DNA of 64,000 nucleotides from a virus (Duplodnaviria; Caudoviricetes): IMG/VR virus record IMGVR_UViG_3300042975_000096; one strand, 5' to 3'. Under the pieces are notes generated by a model, which made no database searches, was not told the origin of the DNA, and saw nothing but the letters and a program-made list of their open reading frames with translations. Below, piece after piece: positions 10,116-20,925 of the stretch (position 1 is its first letter; the number at the start of each line of letters is the position of its first letter). Made by a program: the position numbers and the translations under genes.

Positions 10116-10496
10116 TTAAATATCCTCACTAGAATAATACTTGTATATCTTTAGATTCTTAATTGAATAATCAACCCCATCAACTTTATCAGATATTGAT
10201 GTTAAATCGTTTTTCAAATCGTCAACTGAAGTATTAATATTGTTCGTTATGATAACGCTGTCATTAACTCTATTCAATATTCTAGTCTGCTCTTGTTGTA
10301 TGCGATTCAAATCTCTTATTAATGATTGATTCGTATTTTCCTGTGAATTTATCTCTTGTAACAACTTAACAACAGCTTCTAAACAATAAGATGTTTTTTC
10401 ATAAGTTTTATTGATTTTATCCTCTAAAGAATCCATCCTATCATTTATTTGTTCAAAATATTCTTCTTGTATCTTATCCAACTGTTGTTCTTCCAT
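10116..10496 (-). CDS. Coiled-coil hypothetical protein
   Basis: Heptad-like I/L periodicity, 126 aa. Confidence 0.55.
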   Translation of the reverse strand: MEEQQLDKIQEEYFEQINDRMDSLEDKINKTYEKTSYCLEAVVKLLQEINSQENTNQSLIRDLNRIQQEQTRILNRVNDSVIITNNINTSVDDLKNDLTSISDKVDGVDYSIKNLKIYKYYSSEDI

Positions 10497-10498
10497 TA

Positions 10499-10720
10499 TT
10501 ACATTACCTCAGAAGATGTATAACTAATGTTATATTCTCCCTTAGAATTGATTTTAACCGTTGCCTTTTTTCCTGCTCCATCATCAGCAGTCACCTTCTG
10601 CAAATTGTGCAAAATAAGGAAATTCATCATATCGCCTTTTGCAAACTGTTCCCATGTTGCATTAGACATAACCCCATTATCAATTTTTTGCTCACTGATT
10701 GACATGTTTTCTTCTGACAT
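10499..10720 (-). CDS. Hypothetical protein
   Basis: 73-aa ORF abutting the downstream gene. Confidence 0.55.
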   Translation of the reverse strand: MSEENMSISEQKIDNGVMSNATWEQFAKGDMMNFLILHNLQKVTADDGAGKKATVKINSKGEYNISYTSSEVM

Positions 10721-10801
10721 AATAACACTCTTCTTTCTAAGATTTTTTATTTTTTATGTCTTTATTATATTCAATACGATTTTTTTTATAACAAAATAAA
10801 A

Positions 10802-12610
10802 TTATTTTTTTACAACGCACCAACGCTGAAATAAATTATATTTTATTTCACTATCTTTCATTTTTGAAAAAACTATATCAAATAATTTTCTATCAAAATC
10901 AGAATACAACATAATATATTTATATCCAGCCCATATTGAATACGCTTTTTTATCATTCATTAAACTCAATAAAACTTCTTTATCATCTGTGCTTAACAAT
11001 TTAGTCATTTTAGAAGGAAAATTAAAAAAATCTTCGCTAGAAACCTTAATTAGCCCCAAATTTTTCTTTTCTTCTTGTGTTGATTCTTCATCTATTTTTT
11101 TAACAACATCCATCAACCTATTAACAAAAATAGGCTCTTTTATTTCCAAATTATTATCAATGATATATTTAACAACACTTTTTTGAAGAATGCCAGTTAG
11201 CTCATCATAATTATGCTGTTTTAATAACTCTCTGCATTTTGTTCCACTAATACTTTTAATTCCTTTTGTCATTTTTTTTCTAGGAATACATATAACATTT
11301 ATTCCTCTTTGATTAAATAAATATTTGGCTTGTGTTATATGTTGCCGTGTAATGTTATCATCTGTTTCAATACCACAAATAAAATGGTCAATATTCATCT
11401 TGTTAAATCCTTGCCTAACGACATCCAATAATTTATAGGTATTCAATCCAACAAAATTTTTACTATGTCTTAACATTAAATCATTATATTCAGGCCAAAA
11501 AGTTTGATAAGAAAACATCTCTGGCATATCAACAACAATTACATTTTCCAAATCATTAACACCAATTCTAACAAGGTTTGAACAATCCTCTTTATCAAAA
11601 ATTAAATTCATTCCTTCTTGCATAAGAAATACAACAAAAACATCGAACATTCTTGCCCCTGTTTCAACTAAATATCTATGTCCAACTGTAAATGGATTAC
11701 AACTCATAACCGAAGCACCAATTGTTGTTGTAGAGTCAACGACAATATTTTTCTTCTTTAATTCGTTTTTATATTCACTTATTAAAGAGTTTACATTATA
11801 ATCAACCACTGAAAATGACCGCTCAAATAAATAATGTAATTTATCGAAAATAATCTTTGCAATATTTTTATGACAATATGCCGTATAATGCGCAGCATCG
11901 ACAAAATTTTCTTTTTCATGTTTTCTTAAAAAATAATCTTTTGTTTTTATTACAGGAAACAAATCAATTAATTCTCCTAAAATACACGGCGCACATCCAA
12001 TAATTACAATATCTCCTTCTTTTATTGAAAAATTAATAATTCTATTATACATATTTATTAATGTTTCATTGTTTGTCGCGCAATTATATATTGAATAATT
12101 TTTTAAATTAAAGTTTCTCAAATAAGATGATATTGTTTCATTATCATTTACATAATATCCAAACATTGTAGAATTTCCAAAAAACAAAACGTTATTTCGC
12201 TTATCTATTTCGCCCTCTTTTCTAACCCCTTCACAAACATTTATTGAATTTGAACTATAATCATCAAAACAAAAATATTCATTATTTTGAACTAAAGATG
12301 GATTGGCTACAGAAATTTCTTTTACATATGAATCATCATAATCAATAAAACAATTTTTATAAATATCTTTATTTTTGTTTACGATATCATAAAAATATTT
12401 TTTTCTAAACTTATCAAAAAATACCTCATATTCTAAATTTTTTTTATCATATGTTTTATAAACAGTATCCGTACATATTTTTTCAACATAATTTTCAAAT
12501 TCATTTTTTCTTTCTAAGTCCTTAACCAATGGTATTTCCAACAAATACATATTTGCACCACGATGAACAACAAAATCATATATATCACTTATTATTTGCA
12601 AATTTTCCAT
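10802..12610 (-). CDS. SGNH/GDSL-like domain fused to a citrate-lyase-ligase-like (HxGH) nucleotidyltransferase domain
   Basis: FFGNSTMFG and DAAHYT (SGNH blocks); VMSCNPFTVGHRYLVE and ISGTKCRELL (CitC-like C-terminal domain). Confidence 0.65.
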   Translation of the reverse strand: MENLQIISDIYDFVVHRGANMYLLEIPLVKDLERKNEFENYVEKICTDTVYKTYDKKNLEYEVFFDKFRKKYFYDIVNKNKDIYKNCFIDYDDSYVKEISVANPSLVQNNEYFCFDDYSSNSINVCEGVRKEGEIDKRNNVLFFGNSTMFGYYVNDNETISSYLRNFNLKNYSIYNCATNNETLINMYNRIINFSIKEGDIVIIGCAPCILGELIDLFPVIKTKDYFLRKHEKENFVDAAHYTAYCHKNIAKIIFDKLHYLFERSFSVVDYNVNSLISEYKNELKKKNIVVDSTTTIGASVMSCNPFTVGHRYLVETGARMFDVFVVFLMQEGMNLIFDKEDCSNLVRIGVNDLENVIVVDMPEMFSYQTFWPEYNDLMLRHSKNFVGLNTYKLLDVVRQGFNKMNIDHFICGIETDDNITRQHITQAKYLFNQRGINVICIPRKKMTKGIKSISGTKCRELLKQHNYDELTGILQKSVVKYIIDNNLEIKEPIFVNRLMDVVKKIDEESTQEEKKNLGLIKVSSEDFFNFPSKMTKLLSTDDKEVLLSLMNDKKAYSIWAGYKYIMLYSDFDRKLFDIVFSKMKDSEIKYNLFQRWCVVKK

Positions 12611-12619
12611 ATTAACCCC

Positions 12620-13900
12620 TCAATCAAAATGCTTCAAAATAGTATTTATAATGTTTCTCTTTTTAACGTCTTTCCATAAAACAGAATCCATATCAACATT
12701 AAAATCATTTTTATTTGTGCTAAAATCATTTTTTACATTAATTATTTTTTCTAATCTATATTTTCCCCAAATATTATGTGTGGTTATTGAAACATTTTTT
12801 AATGCATTGGAATTTACATTTATTGCAAAAGAATTTCCATAATAATATAAATTTCCAGGATTTAAAACACTGTTGTTTAATTTCGACATTAATTTTTTAC
12901 AATCCGCTTCATTTTCTTCTATAACGACCCAATCTTTATAATTGTTTAGATTTATAGTATCATCTGCTTGTATTTTATCAAAATTTTTAGGAAACAATAT
13001 TTTATTGTCATTGCTCATACTTACTTCTGCAACTTTCTTTAATTGTAATTCTTTTTGTTCATCCCATAATTGGTTGTTTTTTTCATAATCTTCTTTTGTA
13101 ATTATCTTATAATCACCATTTTTTATTTTTTTACTATTCGGTAATTTATTTTTAATACTTTCAGTAATATAATCAAACTTTTGATTATCATCCAACATTG
13201 GCAATCCCAATCTAGCACCACAAATTTTACACCAGTGTTTTTGGTCAGAATAATCTACTCGCTTCCACCAATCAGGTTTTACATCCCAACCACCTGGACC
13301 ATCAAACAACAAGTCTAATGCTCCTGCCATCTCACAAAAAAATGCACCTTTTGGCGTTATCGAAGCTCCACAATTATTTTGAATCCAACACCTATTTTCT
13401 CTTTTTTCAAATTCTTCATCTGATATCCCTAAATCTTTATAATTAACCAATACTGAAAAATGTTTTGTTTTATTTTTATGGTCATTACATCGCAATGATG
13501 AAAACGTATCACAAATCAATTCCATATTGTCATAAAAATTATTTGTTTCAGCAGTTGTATATAATCGCAATTTTCCATGATTATAAGGCATATAATCCAT
13601 AGCATATTTATTTACATCACAAACAGGTTCAGTAAACATTTTATTTGTTGCCGTTCCGAATTTATCATGTAAATATTGAACCATTTTTGCAAAATCAGGA
13701 TGTAACAATGGTTCTCCACCAATTATTCCAATTTGTCCATTCCAACCATCTAGCGAATCAATTGCATTTTTAAAAAACTCAAAATCCATAAAGTATGGGT
13801 TTTGATAATGTCCACAAAATCTCATACAATTTGAACAAGAATTAATACACTTATTCGTAATATCTATTAATATCGTTGGTTTATCAGCTATCTTCTTCAA
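12620..13900 (-). CDS. Radical SAM protein
   Basis: CINSCSNC (CX3CX2C), GGEPLLHP, and C-terminal CWIQNNCG...FFCE...CKICG. Confidence 0.88.
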   Translation of the reverse strand: MKKIADKPTILIDITNKCINSCSNCMRFCGHYQNPYFMDFEFFKNAIDSLDGWNGQIGIIGGEPLLHPDFAKMVQYLHDKFGTATNKMFTEPVCDVNKYAMDYMPYNHGKLRLYTTAETNNFYDNMELICDTFSSLRCNDHKNKTKHFSVLVNYKDLGISDEEFEKRENRCWIQNNCGASITPKGAFFCEMAGALDLLFDGPGGWDVKPDWWKRVDYSDQKHWCKICGARLGLPMLDDNQKFDYITESIKNKLPNSKKIKNGDYKIITKEDYEKNNQLWDEQKELQLKKVAEVSMSNDNKILFPKNFDKIQADDTINLNNYKDWVVIEENEADCKKLMSKLNNSVLNPGNLYYYGNSFAINVNSNALKNVSITTHNIWGKYRLEKIINVKNDFSTNKNDFNVDMDSVLWKDVKKRNIINTILKHFD

Positions 13901-14732
13901 GTTCCCACTCCTTTCTATCTTTACAACTTATACCCCAATCAACAATTGTTTTTTTGTTGCAATATTTACAAAAATTAATACTTTTCCTATTATTCATTTT
14001 TATTATTTCATCAATGCTATCTATCTCAAAAATATTAATAAAATCATCATTTTTTTTAACAGCATAATTTTCATTAAAAAAAGAATTGAACTTATCAATA
14101 TTAGCAGGAATAATACAAGAATAAAAATCACCATTCATATTTAATTGACAGCAAGGCATTACATTAAAAAACTCATACATGTTTTCGTCAACATTTTCTT
14201 TTATTTTGTTCAAATCACTATTTCTATTATTACAAATAATATCATTATCATTTGTTTTTCCCAAATTAACCCTATAAAAATGTTTACCTTCATAATAATT
14301 TGTAACCGATAATTCTACATTATAGGTTTTAAGCTCATCATAAAAATCATTTGACTTTTCAATTGTCCCGTTTGTTATCAATTTCACCACAATATCTGGA
14401 AAAATTTCTCTCGTTTTTCTCACATAACTCATTACATCAGGATGCAACAATGGTTCTCCACCCATCAAACTGATACCATAAAACGGTTTGTTTTTTAGTA
14501 TTTGTTTTAACCTTCGCAACAACCTGGTAAAATCTTCTATATTAGCAAACCACTCATCCGCTAATGGAGCAAAATGGTCACATCCCTTACAGTTCAAATT
14601 ACAATGATTTGTAATATGAATATCAACAGTTCCTAATCCATTTTTAACATAATTAAGTTCTTCAATATATTCTTGTATGTTTTTTTTATTGTTTTCTTTT
14701 AGTAATTTTATCAAACCATCAACCCATTTCAC
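13884..14732 (-). CDS. Radical SAM protein (CxxxCKGCxHF type)
   Basis: HITNHCNLNCKGCDHFAPL, GGEPLLHP, FCKYC. Confidence 0.9.
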   Translation of the reverse strand: MKWVDGLIKLLKENNKKNIQEYIEELNYVKNGLGTVDIHITNHCNLNCKGCDHFAPLADEWFANIEDFTRLLRRLKQILKNKPFYGISLMGGEPLLHPDVMSYVRKTREIFPDIVVKLITNGTIEKSNDFYDELKTYNVELSVTNYYEGKHFYRVNLGKTNDNDIICNNRNSDLNKIKENVDENMYEFFNVMPCCQLNMNGDFYSCIIPANIDKFNSFFNENYAVKKNDDFINIFEIDSIDEIIKMNNRKSINFCKYCNKKTIVDWGISCKDRKEWELEEDS

Positions 14733-15580
14733 CTTAATAACTTCAACACCAAATCATCTTTGTGAAAACATAATTTATTAATCACATCTTGTTTTGTGAA
14801 TTTTATTTCTTGCGTGACATTATCATCAAAATCAAACAACCTCAAATATTCTGTCAAGCCATCATCTTGTGATTTATTTTCCGAAGAATAATAAACCTTT
14901 TTATTCATATAAACAAACTCAAAAATTAACTTGCCAATATTTTCAGAATATATTGAATCAACAACGTTTCTCCATCGTTGATATTTTAATGTATTTTTCA
15001 ACATACTATTAAACTTTATTTCATCTGTATCTTCCGCATTTCTCTCTAGCTCATCAAACACACCATTTTTTTTATCCAACGAATCCAAATAATTTAATCT
15101 TTCTAATGAAAACTTATGATAATACACATAGTAATTGTTAGTATAAAATTTTTCATTACATGGATTTCCTAAAATTTTTATATTTGGTATATTTTGCACA
15201 TACTTGTTTTTTTTATTGTTATTCATTATGTAATCATAAAACATTAACCCAGAATCAAGCATAATTAAATTATCATACCTAAAATCAAACGTAGATAGAT
15301 ACTTCATGATGGCAAATGAAACAATTAAATTCTCTGATTTATGATTATTTATCCATTCATTTAATTTTCCAATATTACAAAATTCATAATTCATTCCTGC
15401 TATTGGTATTGATTTATTTATCGTATTAATATATTTCATATTGTTTTTCATATCTGCACAATCAACAAATATATAACATTTTATATTGCAACCATATTTT
15501 TTTAAATTAAAATACATATCAAATAACGAAGTCGTTATCCCGTTCATTTGTGGATAATAAAAGACTATATCAACATTCAT
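14729..15580 (-). CDS. Unknown-family protein, paralogue 1 (possible GT-B-like fold)
   Basis: Shares NG.TTS..D..NL, Y.KFS.ER, ENIGK.IFEF and DDGLTEYL with 18917-19789 and 40631-41512. Confidence 0.6.
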   Translation of the reverse strand: MNVDIVFYYPQMNGITTSLFDMYFNLKKYGCNIKCYIFVDCADMKNNMKYINTINKSIPIAGMNYEFCNIGKLNEWINNHKSENLIVSFAIMKYLSTFDFRYDNLIMLDSGLMFYDYIMNNNKKNKYVQNIPNIKILGNPCNEKFYTNNYYVYYHKFSLERLNYLDSLDKKNGVFDELERNAEDTDEIKFNSMLKNTLKYQRWRNVVDSIYSENIGKLIFEFVYMNKKVYYSSENKSQDDGLTEYLRLFDFDDNVTQEIKFTKQDVINKLCFHKDDLVLKLLR

Positions 15581-15587
15581 TGTTTAA

Positions 15588-16571
15588 TTACCTCGATTTC
15601 AATATATTCTTCAGCGACTCTATACTTTTTGTAGCGAATGCAACATTACCATGTATTTCGCAATAAGGCTCTTTTTTTAATTGCTTAAATAAATCATTTA
15701 CTGATTCTCTATAAAAATCATTTATAATTATAATGTAATCATAACTATCATGAAATTTTTTCAACAATTCCATCTTTGAATAACGTTGTTTACATATATC
15801 AAAATCAATAAAATCTATAATATCAAAATAGCCATTGCTAATTTCCTCACTGTTCTCATAAACAACTAAGCAATGTCCTTTATATAATTGTTTGAATTCA
15901 TTATATAATTTTTTCATATATATTAATGAGTTAACTTGATTCATTACTCTTTTTAAATTTTTTCTTACATAGAAATAAGCGATTGGCTCATTACAAAAAG
16001 AATAATGTTTGCAATTTGACACATACCTAAATATTATTTCATCGTCAGCCATACGCAAATAAGAACAATCCCACTCACCATATTTTTCAAAACAGTTTCT
16101 ACTATGCGCAAAAGAGCACGTATCAACCTGATTAGAAACAAATATATTCGTTTTTGAACAATCAAGCCCTTTTAACTCTTTATTTCCTTCATCATCAACT
16201 ATAAAATATTTTGTAGTAACAACTTCTGTATTATCATTGATAACCTTTAATAAATTTTCACAGCATTTTTTATCTGTCTCATCATCATCATCAGGATATA
16301 AAATCCAATCCCCAGTAGAATGAATAACCCCATAATTTCTTGCATAACAATGACCTTTGTTTTCTTTCAATCGAAACATTTTTATATTATCCATACCTAG
16401 CGCATCAATAAATTGCTTCTTTTTTTTATATTCTTCAATCAATGAACAATCATCAACAATAATTAATTCCCAATTAGCATATGTTTGATTGACAACAGCC
16501 AAAACTGCTTTAGGAAAATAACAACTTCTATTATATGTTGGCATAATGAATGAGAATTTTATTCCATCCAT
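15588..16571 (-). CDS. Glycosyltransferase family 2
   Basis: FSFIMPTYNR, ELIIVDDCS, ARNYGV, PDDDD. Confidence 0.9.
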   Translation of the reverse strand: MDGIKFSFIMPTYNRSCYFPKAVLAVVNQTYANWELIIVDDCSLIEEYKKKKQFIDALGMDNIKMFRLKENKGHCYARNYGVIHSTGDWILYPDDDDETDKKCCENLLKVINDNTEVVTTKYFIVDDEGNKELKGLDCSKTNIFVSNQVDTCSFAHSRNCFEKYGEWDCSYLRMADDEIIFRYVSNCKHYSFCNEPIAYFYVRKNLKRVMNQVNSLIYMKKLYNEFKQLYKGHCLVVYENSEEISNGYFDIIDFIDFDICKQRYSKMELLKKFHDSYDYIIIINDFYRESVNDLFKQLKKEPYCEIHGNVAFATKSIESLKNILKSR

Positions 16572-17323
16572 TCTTCTTTACTCCTTTTTGATTGTTCCCA
16601 TTCTATGTCTTCAATAGGTTTTCTACAATACTTACAAAAATCATTTTTATTACGATAAAACTTATCAATAACCTCATCTGTCACATTATCATCATAAATA
16701 TCTAGAATATCTTCTTTTTTAACCTGATATGTTTCATTAAAATACTTATTAAAAATATCAATATACGCCTGTATTGGACATAAATACAATTTGCCATCTT
16801 TCAATTGCATTGATTTCCAATGAATCATACAACAATCAAAATCTGTTTGTTTCGCTTCATGTGTTAAAATATGTTTTCTTAATATTTTTGTTTTTTCATA
16901 TTGATTAAAATTTTTTGTTCTAACCCCAACGCTATTCAATAGTGCAAATAACTTCTCATAATTAACATTAATTGGATACCTTGTCATTTCTACCAAAACA
17001 TCATACTCTATTAAACTGTTTATCATTTCTCCCATTCTCTGTTTTAACAAACTACCATTACTTAATACACTCATCTTTGTATTTGGCATAATTTCATGAA
17101 TTGCTTTAAAAAATTCACAAACATTCGGATGAAGTAATGGTTCACCACCAAACAATCTAATATTATCTACAATTATTTTCGTGCCTAATTGTTTCAAATC
17201 TTTTTTAAATTCCTCAACATCAGCAAACCACGGTTCAGATAATGGCGAAAAATGCGCACATCCTTTACAGTTCACATTACAATGATTTGTAATGTGATAT
17301 TCAATCATTCTTACATGTTTCAT
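16559..17323 (-). CDS. Radical SAM protein (CxxxCKGCxHF type)
   Basis: HITNHCNVNCKGCAHFSPL, GGEPLLHP, FCKYC; paralogue of 13884-14732. Confidence 0.9.
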   Translation of the reverse strand: MKHVRMIEYHITNHCNVNCKGCAHFSPLSEPWFADVEEFKKDLKQLGTKIIVDNIRLFGGEPLLHPNVCEFFKAIHEIMPNTKMSVLSNGSLLKQRMGEMINSLIEYDVLVEMTRYPINVNYEKLFALLNSVGVRTKNFNQYEKTKILRKHILTHEAKQTDFDCCMIHWKSMQLKDGKLYLCPIQAYIDIFNKYFNETYQVKKEDILDIYDDNVTDEVIDKFYRNKNDFCKYCRKPIEDIEWEQSKRSKEEWME

Positions 17324-18912
17324 TTTATAATCATTCCTTTATCAAACACTAACCCATCCAGCTTTTCATTAAACATCCTAATCATATCTTTTGCATAATT
17401 GAAGATTGGCATACCACTATCATTAAATGAAGTATTTATTAATATTGGATTCCCCGTCTTTTTACCAAAATCAATTAATAAATCATGCAACCATTTATCC
17501 TCTTTAGCATCTACTGTTTGAATTCTAACTGTTCCGTCTAAATGTATTGCCCCATCAATAATATTTTCTTTTTTACAATACCCTAAAACATTCATATATG
17601 GGGCATCAACATTAATATCAAAATATTCTCCCATATACTCGCGAGGAATTAATATGCCATATGGTCTATACCATTCTCTATTTTTTATTTCGTTTAATTT
17701 ATCATGCATTTCTTTATGTAACGGTGAAGCCAATATACTTCTATGTCCTAACGCTCTCGGGCCCATTTCTATATTTCCCCTACATATACCAACAATACCA
17801 TCTTTTTCTAAAATTTCAATCAATTTATCATTATTAATATCAATCAAGTTATCCTTTATGTGCCTATAAAAATATGCTTTATCATAAATTTCAGAAGTAC
17901 AATAAAATTCATTAATATCTAAACTATTTAACTCATTTGGTTTGTTTTTTAATAAATAATTAAATATCGCTCCAACTGATTGACCTGTATCAGAAGCTAT
18001 TGGATTCCAATATATTTTTTTAAACCACATTGATTTAGCCAAATAATAATTCAACATGCAATTCAATGCGCATCCACCTGAAAAAACCAACGTATCACTA
18101 TATTCTTTATATTTATCAAAAACATTATTTAATACATCATCTATCCATATTTTTTGAAAAGTATATGCCAAATCATATTTATTATGCTTTAATTTCAATT
18201 GGTCAATATAATTATTAATATACTTTTCGATATTTTCTTTTTCAGCCCAATTATTCCAATTTATACTTTTTATTTTTTTCATAAAGTCGCGTATATCTCT
18301 AATTTCTATAAAGTTACTAGATATACCGGCATAAGCCATAAATTTACCTTCCATGCCATCATAATATTTAGTTTCTAAAAAATTACTTGATAATATCTCA
18401 TAAAACAATCCATAACTAAATCGTTGTTCTTGAAATATTTTTTTTAATTTATTGTTTTTATATAAAAACACCGCATGGTTTCCATCACCTTTACCATCTA
18501 TTGATACACATAATGCATTATCTAATTTATTTATTATTGCAGTTGGCAATACATGATTTTCTTGATGATGCATTTTTTTCATTTCACAATTCTCTAACAT
18601 TTTAACAAACTCAAATGATTCTTGTTTCAAATATCCATCTTCGAATTGAGTATAACACCACACAACTACGTCAAATCTATCCACATTAAACAAATCTTTA
18701 ATCATTTTTTGTGCTTTATAAATGTTTTTATGCATACAATCTTTATAAATTGAATCAACATAATTAGCATAATCAATCTTCTCTTGTGAATGAAACGAAA
18801 AATGTTTTTTCTTTAACAATTTATCCATTTCAATGTATCTTAGCTCTTTTGTTTCTGTATCATAATAGCATACATTATAGTCTTGATAGCATTGTATTCC
18901 TAAAATTTTCAT
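17320..18912 (-). CDS. O-carbamoyltransferase (NodU/CmcH family)
   Basis: HHQENH, SIDGKGD, EGKFMAYA, SGGCALNC, GPRALGHRSILA, KNREWYRPYG, HLDGTVRIQTV, INTSFN. Confidence 0.92.
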   Translation of the reverse strand: MKILGIQCYQDYNVCYYDTETKELRYIEMDKLLKKKHFSFHSQEKIDYANYVDSIYKDCMHKNIYKAQKMIKDLFNVDRFDVVVWCYTQFEDGYLKQESFEFVKMLENCEMKKMHHQENHVLPTAIINKLDNALCVSIDGKGDGNHAVFLYKNNKLKKIFQEQRFSYGLFYEILSSNFLETKYYDGMEGKFMAYAGISSNFIEIRDIRDFMKKIKSINWNNWAEKENIEKYINNYIDQLKLKHNKYDLAYTFQKIWIDDVLNNVFDKYKEYSDTLVFSGGCALNCMLNYYLAKSMWFKKIYWNPIASDTGQSVGAIFNYLLKNKPNELNSLDINEFYCTSEIYDKAYFYRHIKDNLIDINNDKLIEILEKDGIVGICRGNIEMGPRALGHRSILASPLHKEMHDKLNEIKNREWYRPYGILIPREYMGEYFDINVDAPYMNVLGYCKKENIIDGAIHLDGTVRIQTVDAKEDKWLHDLLIDFGKKTGNPILINTSFNDSGMPIFNYAKDMIRMFNEKLDGLVFDKGMIIK

Positions 18913-18916
18913 ATAG

Positions 18917-19789
18917 TTACCCTTTCAATAATTTTAATATTTCATCATTATGTTTCATAAACAAAACCTCTTGTAATTTTGATTTTGATAATAAATTCAA
19001 ATCAAAATCAAAATTATCATCAATTCCAAATTGAAAAAGAAATTCTGTTAATCCATCATTGATTTTTTTATTCTTACAAGAATAACTGGCTTCTTTTTCT
19101 AATAGCAAAAATTCGAACATCATTTTTCCTATATTCTCATAATAATCAGCACCAAATTCTGTATATGGATTATCTTTTGATTTTTTGCTATATCTAAAAT
19201 AATCATATCTTTTATACGAAAACGGTTTAATATCTAATTTGTTCTTTTTTCTTTTAAAATATTCTTCAGATGTTAATATGCCATTTTCATTTGTGCTTAT
19301 TTGTTTCAATCTATTAATCCGCTCTTCTGAAAACTTCATATACCAAATAAAACTATTCTTTACAAATTGTGCATTAAACTCATTACAAATAGTAATAATG
19401 TCATTATCATTTATATACGAAATCATATTATTGAATTCATTTTGAGAAATCTCTTTCTTATATATAAATGCAGGATAAAATAAAAACACTTTATTAAAAT
19501 CAATCTCTATCGTTTTTGTTTGAACTAAATCAATTACCTCACTACTAATCACACAAGCATTTCCATGTAAATCGTAATGCATTTTACCATACTTCAATGG
19601 CAAATAAACAATATTTGATTCATTACCAAAATAGCGTTTGAATCTTTTAACTACTAATTTATCATCAAAGAATACAATTAATCTTATTTCCCAATTTGTA
19701 TATTTTCTTAAATTATAAAACAAATCTTCAAATGAAGTATATGCCCCATTTAATTCATATAAATAATAAATCAAATCTATTTTCATCAC
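18917..19789 (-). CDS. Unknown-family protein, paralogue 2
   Basis: NGAYTSFEDL, KFSEERI, ENIGKMMFEF, NDGLTEFL. Confidence 0.6.
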   Translation of the reverse strand: MMKIDLIYYLYELNGAYTSFEDLFYNLRKYTNWEIRLIVFFDDKLVVKRFKRYFGNESNIVYLPLKYGKMHYDLHGNACVISSEVIDLVQTKTIEIDFNKVFLFYPAFIYKKEISQNEFNNMISYINDNDIITICNEFNAQFVKNSFIWYMKFSEERINRLKQISTNENGILTSEEYFKRKKNKLDIKPFSYKRYDYFRYSKKSKDNPYTEFGADYYENIGKMMFEFLLLEKEASYSCKNKKINDGLTEFLFQFGIDDNFDFDLNLLSKSKLQEVLFMKHNDEILKLLKG

Positions 19790-20925
19790 TAAACACTCTC
19801 AATACATTTATATATTTTCATCATTATATTCTCTATACTGTACTTTTTTGATTCCTTAATACAATTCTTTCTTATATTAACAATATCCTTACAGAAACTA
19901 TTGCGTATAGAAGCCGGTAAATCGTCTGTGACAAGCCATCCATTATATCCATCTATAACTATATCATTCATTGATTTACACTCCTTGTATCCAATCACAG
20001 GCGTTCCAAATGACATTGCTTCTAATGCTACAGTTGGCAAACCTTCTATTATTGATGGTATCACTAAAACATGTGCATTACGATAGAACGGTTCTACATT
20101 TTTTTGATATCCATGAAAATGAATATTGTCAAATTTGAAGTATTCAGATATATCCAAAAAACCATCATTGGCATAATTATACCCTACAACATCACACTCA
20201 TAATACGTATCTTTAATATAGTCTAATAATAACTGCGTTCGCTTTATATCCCTGTTTATTCTTCCAACATATAGAATGTTACTTCGTTTCTTATTGATTT
20301 CTATGTTGTCAGGTATTTCTATACAATTATAAAAAACGTATGATTTATCTTTATATTTTTCACTAACATATTGAGGTAATAAAAATCCTAGTCTATCACA
20401 AGATTCCAACATCATATCATAAAGTAACTCTTTATCTTTCAATGCTTTTTGAAAAAATAAATATTCTAGCCCTTGCATTTTACTAAATGTGTTTTTAATA
20501 TATTTTGGCTCATTATGAAAAAACATTATTATTGGAACATTTGTCATTTTAGATATAATTGACCAAAATATTACTTGCTGACCCCCACCTGCATTGCAAA
20601 ATATACAACGTGGTTTTATCTGAAAAACGGTTCGTGCAACTTTATTCATATATCCTCTAGAAAAATAAGTAATCATATCACTATGAACAATTATATTTTT
20701 CAAATTCAAAAAATTTCCTGGTTGCTGAAACAGATGAACTTCGTATTTTTTAGATAACGATTTGCAAATTTTTATGGTATATTTCTCCGCTCCCCATAAA
20801 TATTGTTCACCTTCATTTTTCATAATATTGCAAGTAATAATAATTTTATTTTCATCTCTATTTTGTACAAACCATTTTTTGTTTAATGTAAATTGAGCAT
20901 ATAATAAATCATTTTTTATATTCAC
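19789..20925 (-). CDS. Glycosyltransferase, GT4-type (GT-B)
   Basis: ILYVGRI...K, VIPSIIEGLPTVALEAMSFGTPVI (EX7E), DGYNG. Confidence 0.9.
   Translation of the reverse strand: MNIKNDLLYAQFTLNKKWFVQNRDENKIIITCNIMKNEGEQYLWGAEKYTIKICKSLSKKYEVHLFQQPGNFLNLKNIIVHSDMITYFSRGYMNKVARTVFQIKPRCIFCNAGGGQQVIFWSIISKMTNVPIIMFFHNEPKYIKNTFSKMQGLEYLFFQKALKDKELLYDMMLESCDRLGFLLPQYVSEKYKDKSYVFYNCIEIPDNIEINKKRSNILYVGRINRDIKRTQLLLDYIKDTYYECDVVGYNYANDGFLDISEYFKFDNIHFHGYQKNVEPFYRNAHVLVIPSIIEGLPTVALEAMSFGTPVIGYKECKSMNDIVIDGYNGWLVTDDLPASIRNSFCKDIVNIRKNCIKESKKYSIENIMMKIYKCIESV

Noticed and set aside
10802-12610. Calling this gene citC (citrate lyase ligase)
   Set aside because: Only the C-terminal nucleotidyltransferase part resembles CitC; the N-terminus is SGNH-like and no citrate lyase genes are present.
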